A DNA stretch of 64,000 nucleotides from Epiperipatus broadwayi (lineage: Eukaryota > Animalia > Onychophora). The notes below the pieces were generated by a model. The model was given only the letters and a program-made list of their open reading frames with translations, searched no databases and was not told the origin of the DNA. The translations under genes were made by a program, and so were the position numbers. The stretch is taken from positions 20,584,001-20,648,000 of the forward strand of contig JAQFVV010000006.1 in NCBI GenBank assembly GCA_028023455.1. Reading direction: 5' to 3'. Below, in pieces: positions 1 through 8,376 of the stretch (positions are counted from its first letter, which is position 1; each line of letters begins with the position of its first letter).

Positions 1-191
1 AAACTTTCCCAGTATTTAATCTATAGAAATAGAATCCTATCTGACCAACTTAATTTATTAATAAGTAATTTTATTTAATGTATTTCTTTTGTAAAATCAT
101 TTCCATTTAATTATTTATTTATTTTTGTTCTTTAAGTTTTTATTATGATTTCTGTTTTCATTAAACTAAATTATATAAATGTTAAATTTAA

Positions 192-644
192 GTCGGGCGT
201 GAATGGCTATATAGATTTGTAAAGTTATATTAGGGGAGGGTAATTTTAGATTATTCATTCCGTAGTTGAATTAGGTCAATGGATTGGATATATTGGTGTA
301 ATTAGTAGATGTAATACAAGATTTTCTATGGGCAGAATCGCTTTATACACCACACACTCCCATTTTGCCTATGGAAGGAATTATAAGACGGAGACCGCTG
401 TTCCTTTCTATGGAGTTTTTTTTTCTATTGCTTTTCTCATCAGATAGATGTACTATCCTATCTGGATGAGAGTCAATTTCTTTTTTTAATCTATATTTGT
501 GCTGTCGTATTCGTATTACATTGAATACATCGATATATCAGATGGATTGGCGTTGGTTTAACTGTGAACTTTTGGCCTAAGGTTAAATAAGGGATAAAAT
601 ATTTTCTTTTCAAATGCAATCTATGTAGTCTATTCATACTTGAC
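192..644 (+). ncRNA. Long G·U-rich hairpin RNA cassette A, copy 1 (about 125-bp imperfect rod plus branched apical domain)
   Basis: 5' arm 192-317 (GTCGGGCGTGAATGGCTATATAGAT...) pairs by hand with 3' arm 513-644 (...ATCTATGTAGTCTATTCATACTTGAC). Non-Watson-Crick pairs are mostly G·U on the + strand. Apical hairpins at 324-336/364-376 and 435-471. Confidence 0.75.
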
Positions 645-666
645 ACTCTAAATGCATTAAATTTAA

Positions 667-964
667 GTTGGGTATAGATGCTTGCATGGATTTGTTATCG
701 GTTAATTATGTTTTTGGTTTTCATATTTGATCAAAATATATAGACATTCGGTAAATAATGATACCTTACGGTGAGTATCTAAAATGTATTTATTCGGATG
801 TCTTTTAAGTTGTTGGTGTCAATGCGGCATCTTATGATGAATGCCATTGGGTTTCTTATAAATTTCCCTCTGCTAAATCCATCAATGACTTTATATTTTG
901 ATCGTTTATGTTTATTTTGAAATGTTTTTAACCATGTAATCTATGTAACCGATCTATACTCAAC
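667..964 (+). ncRNA. Long hairpin RNA cassette B, copy 1
   Basis: GTTGGGTATAGATGCTTGCATGGATT pairs with AATCTATGTAACCGATCTATACTCAAC. Perfect 12 bp at 729-740/892-903. Apical branches at 743-802 and 826-845 (loop CTTATGATGA). Confidence 0.75.
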
Positions 965-1135
965 AATATAAAACAAACTTTTATAAATCCATCTGTGTGA
1001 ACTTATAAAAATTAAAATGGAAATTAAAAATCTAAAATCAAAGTTAAAAATGTAAGTTAAATTTTAAAATGTAAAACTGATACTAAAATAATTTTAAATC
1101 TTATATATGTTTAAATAAATGTATGTGTGTAATTA

Positions 1136-1365
1136 CTGGCAGTGGCTTATTTTATTCTTTTTTTTAAAAAAAAAAAACTCTTAGATAAGAATTTATAAAA
1201 TATAAATCTCTGCTGTTCCACTGAGCTAGTGACAATGGGCTAACGATCAAAATCAAAATATATAAAATAGAAACAAAAAAAAATTTTTTTAAAACTTACA
1301 TATCTGCCTACTTTATAAATTTTCTAGGTTCTAAGTAGCCTAGTGGCGCCCTCGTAGTGTAGATA
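1136..1365 (+). other. Conserved downstream module C, copy 1 (possible branch point/3' splice site plus nested stem)
   Basis: Blocks CTGGCAGTGGCTT, CTGAGCTAGTGAC..TGGGCTAACGATC and TATCTGCCTACTTTATAAATTTTCTAG|G...CCTAG.TGGCGCCCT.GTAG are shared with 7542-7737. Confidence 0.55.
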
Positions 1366-1434
1366 GATTAGTCTCCCTTATTCCCTGATCGTTATAATAT
1401 ATATGTATATGAACTAGCTAAAGGAAAAATAAAA

Positions 1435-1587
1435 CATAATAAAAACACAGCATTACTTCGCTATAAAACTGCTTTTATATTTCAACCAGCAAACTGGTTT
1501 TTATCAGAAAGCTTTCTGATGAAAACCAGTCTGCTGGTTGAAATATAAAAGCAGTTTTATAGAGAAGTAATTCTGTGTTTTTATTAT
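1435..1587. mobile_element. Fold-back (head-to-head) PLE pLTR fragment with a hammerhead-like motif in each arm
   Basis: Near-perfect palindrome centred on AGAAAGCTTTCT. + arm reads CTGATGA-A-AACCAG-TCTG-CTGGTT-GAAA-TATAAAA-GCAG-TTTTATA (1512-1567). Position 16.1 is G rather than U, so it is probably inactive. Confidence 0.7.
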
Positions 1588-1608
1588 ATATATATAAACT
1601 TTTCACAG

Positions 1609-2377
1609 CAATTAATATTATATAATAATAGATTAACAACTCAACATTGGTTTGAAATACTCAATCTAAAGTGTAAGATGAAACTTTTGAAAAGGTATGA
1701 ACAGCTAGCTGTCTTATCTCTTTTATCTCAAGGACTTTGGAGGGAAAGTATGAAGATCTTAAATTGATGGCAATACTTCTTAAAGCTATATTTCAGATTG
1801 CTCTATATTATTTTAATTTCATTTGCAAAATTTTCCAATTTACAGCCTACCAAATAAATCAAATAATGAAATATGTAAATATAACTTTTCTCAGTGGTTA
1901 TGGCCCTAAGAAGTAATGTTATCAATTTAAGATTTTCATACTTTCACTCCAAAGTGCTTTAGATTGTCCTATATAAATTAATTTAGGTACAAGAGATAAG
2001 AAGGCAATTCTTATGGTTTTAAAAGTTTTATATTGTGCTTTGAATTGAGAATATTTTATGTGCTCAACAAACCAAAAATTTGAGTTGTTAATCTAATTAT
2101 TATACATATATAAAAAAAATAATGGCTAATGCTAAGTGAAATCTGCATAAAAATACATAAATCACAGATAATATTAAAACCCTGTGAGAAACAAAGTTTA
2201 AATTAATAGTACCATTCAAAAGACTACTAATGTGAATAGGTATAGATTACAACATACACAACAACTCTATGGCTTATAGATAAGAGTGTAATCCTTTTAT
2301 CTATACCATTAATGTAAATTTGATTCTTACAGGAAACACTGCTGGAATGTTTAATGTGGTCACCGATTTATTGGGAA
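1609..2377 (+). CDS. Three candidate phase-compatible exons (1609-1747, 1846-1874, 2333-2377) of an unidentified protein or pseudogene
   Basis: AG/GT-bounded segments join in frame without stops: QLILYNNRLTTQHWFEILNLKCKMKLLKRYEQLAVLSLLSQGLWRE-TYQINQIMKY-ETLLECLMWSPIYWE. No family recognised; could be chance. Confidence 0.25.
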
Positions 2378-3175
2378 GTAATCAAAAATAACACATGGTT
2401 TAACCCAAAAACTACTTCATGTAAATCATATAATCATGAAAACATTAAATATTATATGTATTCCATTTTAAAATTTATAAAATTTAACATGCATTCTGTT
2501 GAGATTGATTAAATTGGCCACACATTATTTGGAATGACAAATACTTTTCCTGAAAATCTTGAAGTTTTTTAATTTTTTTTCTGGACTTTATATTATGAGA
2601 TAAAGATAGAACACCATTAATCTGAAATCCCTGATTTTAGAGCTTTTAAGAATAGAGTTTTTACTCTCTCATTGTAAATTCAAATTCTACTAAGATATTA
2701 TATTTTATAAAAAATGTTTTTACTTAATTTGACCAATAATGCACTAAAAACCAAAAACATTTTCTTATTTAACCACAATTTTGACTTTTACCTATAATTT
2801 GAAATAAAAGCATGGGATATCCATAAATTAATGAATTCAATCATTAGTTAATTAATTCTTCTAATTTATAATTAATAAGGATTATTTTCTTTTGAGAAAA
2901 TCCATTAAACTGTAAATTCAATCTTTTTAGTGTTATCTTTAATCCTACTTTTTTATTTTTATCTGATATCTTATACATTTTCTGAAGCATTGTTTGCAAA
3001 AATAACATCATCCGTATATCCATTTACTATTATTATCTTAGTTTTCTGTTTAATTCACAATAGTTTTTAATATATAGGGTATATGAGCACAGATTTTCAC
3101 ATGACCCACCACTCTCCACACTATCTCATAACACTGATACACTTGAACACATATAGGTTGAAAAGATAAACAGTC

Positions 3176-3219
3176 ACCAATATACATATTTCATGCTAAG
3201 CCAGCTATCATCAGTTGGT
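3176..3219 (-). ncRNA. Minimal type I hammerhead ribozyme motif (family Y)
   Basis: Minus strand: ACCAA-CTGATGA-TAGCTGGCTTAGCAT-GAA-ATATGTAT-A-TTGGT. Stem III looks like a CpG-decayed ATACGTAT palindrome. Confidence 0.7.
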
Positions 3220-3613
3220 CCCGATTATCAACTCTACTTATGTACACAATAAGTATCAGATATATATTAAGATAGCCAATCTTCATACTTTAATGGACAG
3301 GCTTCAATCCACTCCACACTCCAACTCTTTAACCATCCATCTAATTAAAAATCTGATGATGGAATACTCAAAGGCCACTCTGAGGCTGAGTTTCTTATCA
3401 CACCCATCTTAACCTAAGGTTAATCTGACACCTCATGTACAGTACCTAATCCATTTAATACATATACAAGGGATGGTCAGACATCTCTACTATGTAATAA
3501 CTAAAACACACACAGGGTATATGAGCACAGGCTTTCAAACAACCCACCACTCTCCACACTATCTCATAACACTGATACACTTGAACACATATATGTTGAA
3601 AAGATAAATAATC

Positions 3614-3655
3614 ACCAATATGTATTTCATGCTAATCCAGCAATCATCAGTTGGT
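3614..3655 (-). ncRNA. Hammerhead ribozyme motif (family Y, second monomer)
   Basis: Minus strand: ACCAA-CTGATGA-TTGCTGGATTAGCAT-GAA-ATACAT-A-TTGGT. Confidence 0.65.
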
Positions 3656-3949
3656 CCAGATTATCATCTCTACACATATATGCTATAAGTGCTCAGATAT
3701 ATATTAAGATAGCCATACTTTAATGGACAGGCTTCAATCTACTCCACACTACAACTCTTCAACTGTCCATTCAATTGAAAATCTGATGATGGAATGCTCA
3801 AAGGTCATCCTGAGGCCAAGATTCTTGTCACACCCATGTTGACCTAAGGTCAATCTGACCCCTCATGTACAGGACATGTCTGTGCTCATATACCTTATAT
3901 ATTACATATATAAACACAGGTATATAATAAGTCTGTGTGTGTTTATTAA

Positions 3950-5700
3950 AATAGTTTTTGTAAAACTGCTATAAAATGTTTTGTAGATGTGGAATTGTCC
4001 TGTTATTCATCCTTCTCAATGTTAATCTTCTTAGTATCACTGTGTAATCTAATCATTGCAGATGCATTTTGATAAATATTTTTCAGAATATGATATTAGC
4101 TTGGATGTATATCTTGATGATCCAAAGTTTGCTTAGGAAATGATCAAAAAATCAAATACCTTTATTATAATCTACAAATCCAAAGCATAATGGCAACTCA
4201 CATTCATAAAAATTTTCTATAACTTCTCTCAATACTAGGATGCCATCCATTATGTTAAAGCCAATTTTAAATCCAGCCTGTTCTTTCAATTGATTTGAAC
4301 CCAAAGTTTATATGGAGATGAGTTGTACTTATATTGGTAAAGATTTTGAACAGAATTCCCAGAAGATTGATAGATCTGTAATTTCCAATATCTTCCTTAT
4401 CATCTTTCTTAAATATCAATATTACTATTGCCTTCTTCCAATCATCTGATATCTTTATCATTTAGATATTTAGTATATAATTTTGCCATTCTTCACTAGC
4501 TGATTTTAAGATATCAATAATAATTCTATCATATGCTTTGGTTTTTTTTTTTTTTTTTAGATTTAATTGAATATATCACTTCTTCACTTAAAATGCTTAA
4601 CAATTCACAATATGTTATAGTTGTAGTAGGTATTTTTTCTTAATTACTATTTAACTCTTCATAAATATATGAGGACATAGAAAGCCCTCAAAAGGACTTA
4701 TAGCTTTTCATTTTTATTGCATTTCAGTGCACATAAGATATATTGTACACATCTAAGGAAAATCTTGTATCTTTACAATTGTAATATTTCATGATGTATA
4801 CCTTTTTTTAAATAATAGTTGTTGTTTTTTTTTTTGCATAAATAAGTTTTCCACCACTACCAAGATTTTATTTTATTATTTTGGGTCTTTTATCCTCTTC
4901 TATCTTTTCTTGCCAATTGTACAATAACATTTTCTTATATCATTAACTCTTTTTCATATTTTTTTTTGCTTTATATATTCTCATCTCAGTAGAAAATTTA
5001 CTGGTAAATTGATGCTTTTTTATACTATCTTGCAGTTCTTAATAGAATATCACTTTTTTTGACTGATTGCACATCAAAGTAAAAAATTTAAAAGAATTAC
5101 TAAGTTCTAATTAAATTCACTGAAGTGGTTCTGAAGGTTACCATCTCTGAATACTGACTTTTTTAATAGTTTTTTTCTAGTTTGCATTAATACATATCTT
5201 ACATTTCATTAATTGATGACCACTTCCTGAGTTGAATCTATGAAATGTATTTTAATATTGAAATATATAAATTTTGTTTTTCAAAAGTATAATCCTTTTC
5301 TGCTCTATCTTTATTTGGATACTTTTATGATTATTTCCAATTAGTTTTTTTTTAAAAAAAAAATCAATATATTACAGGGTTTGTTTTCTTGTGAATTTCA
5401 CAATTCTGTGTCATCCTTTATTGTTTATCATCATAGTAAATTTACCCACTCATCCTCCAGTCTCTTACGAATTTTAGCATTTAAACTCTCATAGCAGTTT
5501 TAAAGTGTTGTTTGGTGTGATTAAAAATATTATATACTACATCCATATAGAATCCTTTACTGCTTCATCATAATGAAAACTTGTTGGAGCATAAATCTGA
5601 ACTGAAATAATTATTCTTGTCATTGTGTCTGGTATATCATCAATTTCTACTGTATTGTTTTACCACATTTTATTTATAGTATGCTCCAATATTTGTGCCT
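3950..5700 (-). mobile_element. Degenerate RTE-clade LINE fragment (APE endonuclease plus RT N-terminal part)
   Basis: Minus-strand remnants VQIYAPT..DEAV (about 5560-5620), WKKAIVILIFKKDDKEDIGNYRSINLL (ORF 4267-4461) and ILKNIYQNASAMIRLHSDTKKINIEKG. Many stops and frameshifts; ends approximate. Confidence 0.85.
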
Positions 5701-6088
5701 TTGTATTAAATGTAACGATATATAAATATGTCGTTACATTTATTTAAAATAAAAACTTAAAAGTTCGCAAATAAAAGTAAAAAACTAAACGCTAAAATTA
5801 AAATATTGTTAAACGTATATACATTCGCACAGATGCTAAACTTTAAAAATATTTTTTTCATAAACAACAAAAAAAAAGTATTTGAACGTATTTTTTTTAA
5901 TAAAAAAATACAAGATTGAAATATAAAAATATTTTAATAAAAAAATAACGTAAGTTAAAATAAAAACAGGTATTAATTAATTCCTGTAATCTATAAATGG
6001 AAATGATTGTTTATTAATTATCTAAAAGCTGTTTAATTAAAAAGTCAGATGAAAAGTTAGATAAGAGAAGAAAGAGATTTTAGCTTGA

Positions 6089-6204
6089 CCAATGGAAGCA
6101 AATAAAGGCCCGGACCATAACGAAAAAACAGAACAGTGACGTTTTTGTTCATGGAATCCATAGGAGGACTATAAAAAGAAAAAAATATTGAGTTCCAGTC
6201 AGTT
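6089..6204 (+). promoter_or_regulatory. Pol II core promoter: CCAAT, CRE-like TGACGT, TATA box and initiator
   Basis: CCAAT 6089-6093, TGACGT 6137-6142, TATAAAA 6170-6176, TCAGTT 6199-6204 (A+1 = 6201, TATA at -31). CpGs are locally retained. Confidence 0.7.
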
Positions 6205-6221
6205 TTTCCAACTTGATTTTG

Positions 6222-6261
6222 GTGAGTCTAGCGACAAGACGCACTTGTCGTCCTCACTCAC
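6222..6261 (+). other. 5' splice-site motif (G|GTGAGT) embedded in a stem-loop
   Basis: GTGAGT 6222-6227 pairs with ACTCAC 6256-6261. Inner stem CGACAAG 6232-6238 / CTTGTCG 6244-6250. A second donor, C|GTAAGC, lies at 6388. Confidence 0.5.
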
Positions 6262-6620
6262 TTATTTTAAAAATGCAAAGACTGTGATACCAGAACAGAA
6301 CCAGCTAATGCTACCTCCAAAATATCAGACCGGTCTTCCAGGAAAGTCTCCGTGGGAATTGCCAACGGGAACATGGACTCTTCTACCGTAAGCAATAGAA
6401 CTGAACGATTGTTAAAATCATAATATTAATTAAGAACTTTAAAGATTGATAAGTTAATTTAAATTTTATAAAAAGAACTTTTCTCTGACTTATGTGTCAA
6501 CTCAATTGATAATGTGTAATATTATATATGTTTGCGTTTGATAAAAAAAAAAAATCATTTCCATTTATTATTTATTTGTATTAATATTTATTGTTTAAAT
6601 TTTAAATGAGGAAATTTAAG

Positions 6621-6853
6621 GTTGGGTATAGATGTTGCATAGATTCGTTAGTGGTTGATTATGTTGTGGTTTTCACAGTCGATTAGAATATATAAGTCAA
6701 CGATATCACTGTGGTGTCTTATGATGAACACCAAAGGGGTCTCCTGTATTCCCTCAGCAATTGACGTTATCGATTGACTTTGTATTTTGATCGTTTGTGT
6801 TTAATTTTGAATGTTTTTGACTGTGGAATCTGTGCAGCCGATCTATATTCGAC
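6621..6853 (+). ncRNA. Long hairpin RNA cassette B, copy 2
   Basis: GTTGGGTATAGATGTTGCATAGATTC pairs with GAATCTGTGCAGCCGATCTATATTCGAC. Stem GGTGT/ACACC surrounds the invariant loop CTTATGATGA (6713-6732). It lacks the 743-802 branch of copy 1. Confidence 0.75.
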
Positions 6854-6912
6854 ATTATAAAACAAATTGGATAAAAATAATCTGTGCGAACGTATTTAAA
6901 TGTTAAATTTAA

Positions 6913-7389
6913 GTCGGGCGTGAATGGCTATATAGATTTGTAAAGTTATATTAAGGGAGGGTAATCTTAGGTTATTCATTTTGTAGTTGAATTGGTTCAA
7001 TGGATTGGATATATTTGTGTAATTAGTAGATGTAGTATGAGGTTCGCTACGGGCAGGATTATAGATATACGCCACACACCCTCTGTTTGCCTATGGATGG
7101 GTTTGTAAGTCAGCAGAAGACCGCAGTCCATTCCTATGGAGTTTTTTGTTTATTGTTCTACTTGCCAACAGATGTCACATTCCTGTTGGTGGAGAGTCAA
7201 TGTCTTCTCTATTTCTACTTATTGTTCAGATGTACGTTTCCTGACAGTATAGTTTTTTGTGTGATAGTATGAAAGAATGTATCAGATGGATTGGTGCCAG
7301 TTTGGTTGCGAAATTTGTTGCCTAAGGTTAAATCAGGGAAGAATATTTTCTTTTCAAATGCAGATCTATGTAGTCTATTCATACTTGAC
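6913..7389 (+). ncRNA. Long G·U-rich hairpin RNA cassette A, copy 2
   Basis: First 41 nt are identical to copy 1; last 48 nt are identical except one inserted G. TAATCTTAGG/CCTAAGGTTA and GTAGTTGAATTGG/CCAGTTTGGTTGC pair with G·U. Apical stem GCCAACAG/CTGTTGGT at 7164-7190. Confidence 0.75.
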
Positions 7390-7541
7390 CATCTAAATAA
7401 AATATTAAAACTCATTGAAATTTATGTAAATGTACAATTAAAGAGTAATCTAAAAAAAATCTAAAAAAATGTTAAACTTATTCCTCAAAATTTAAATGTT
7501 ATTTTATATGTGCGTAAATAAATATTTTTATGTGTTAATTT

Positions 7542-7737
7542 CTGGCAGTGGCTTTTATTCTCTTATATTTAAGATATAAAATTTATAGATTTTTATCTCT
7601 GCGTCTCCGCTGAGCTAGTGACTTGGGCTAACGATCGGAATATTTAAATAAAGTGGAATCTTAACAGCGCGTATCTGCCTACTTTATAAATTTTTCTAGG
7701 CTCAAATGCCTAGATGGCGCCCTGGTAGTTGCAGATA
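7542..7737 (+). other. Conserved downstream module C, copy 2
   Basis: Homologous to 1136-1365. GGCTAAC at 7626-7632, TTTTTCTAG|G at 7691-7700. Nested stems TATCTGC-CTAC...GTAG-GCAGATA and CTAGG/CCTAG. Confidence 0.55.
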
Positions 7738-7876
7738 TTGTTTTTGCAGTTAGATTCGATCTTCACTTTCATTTCGATCGTTATATAAAATACCTGCCAA
7801 CTTACCAAATCAATTGTCTCTTCAGTTTCTATTTTCATAAAATCCAATAGTTTCCATGTAATATTAGTTTTTTTCA

Positions 7877-8376
7877 NNNNNNNNNNNNNNNNNNNNNNNN
7901 NNNNNNNNNNNNNNNNNNNNNNNNNNNNNNNNNNNNNNNNNNNNNNNNNNNNNNNNNNNNNNNNNNNNNNNNNNNNNNNNNNNNNNNNNNNNNNNNNNNN
8001 NNNNNNNNNNNNNNNNNNNNNNNNNNNNNNNNNNNNNNNNNNNNNNNNNNNNNNNNNNNNNNNNNNNNNNNNNNNNNNNNNNNNNNNNNNNNNNNNNNNN
8101 NNNNNNNNNNNNNNNNNNNNNNNNNNNNNNNNNNNNNNNNNNNNNNNNNNNNNNNNNNNNNNNNNNNNNNNNNNNNNNNNNNNNNNNNNNNNNNNNNNNN
8201 NNNNNNNNNNNNNNNNNNNNNNNNNNNNNNNNNNNNNNNNNNNNNNNNNNNNNNNNNNNNNNNNNNNNNNNNNNNNNNNNNNNNNNNNNNNNNNNNNNNN
8301 NNNNNNNNNNNNNNNNNNNNNNNNNNNNNNNNNNNNNNNNNNNNNNNNNNNNNNNNNNNNNNNNNNNNNNNNNNNN
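7877..8376. other. Assembly gap (500 N)
   Basis: Run of n characters. Confidence 1.

Larger units (their letters stand above)
3077..3894 (-). mobile_element. Tandem dimer (period about 438 nt) of a non-coding hammerhead-bearing PLE pLTR/retrozyme-like element (family Y) with a short terminal inversion
   Basis: Direct repeats start at 3077 and 3515 (GGGTATATGAGCACAG). Inverted CTGTGCTCATATACC at 3880-3894. Each unit has a minus-strand hammerhead. Confidence 0.75.

Noticed and set aside
345-360. CACCACACAC loop resembling a budding-yeast telomerase template
   Set aside because: The host appears to be an animal; no matching telomeric repeats or pseudoknot were evident; short low-complexity match.
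826-845. Cassette B as a box C/D snoRNA (ATGATGA)
   Set aside because: No CTGA box D near the 3' end, and the motif sits in an internal apical loop rather than next to the terminal stem.
192-964. Cassettes as MITEs, densovirus termini or viroid-like ribozyme RNAs
   Set aside because: Strand-asymmetric G·U pairing argues against dsDNA TIRs. No target-site duplications, viral ORFs or hammerhead cores were seen inside A or B. Not formally excluded without a database search.
3353-3400. Plus-strand CTGATGA in family Y, which would imply ribozymes in both polarities
   Set aside because: No stem II-GAAA-stem III can be built downstream in either monomer.
6913-7389. Resemblance of cassette A to SRP/7SL RNA (GTCGGGCGTG..TGGC start; GTTGCCTAAGG)
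   Set aside because: No helix 8 GNRA/AGCAG motif or Alu UGU(NR) fold. The matching segments lie in a long rod incompatible with SRP architecture, and the context is Pol II-like.
7087-7415. ORFs 7087-7272 (+) and 7215-7415 (-) inside cassette A
   Set aside because: Not preserved in copy 1 (stops and frameshifts). The apparent peptide similarity between A and B ends is explained by the shared nucleotide stems.
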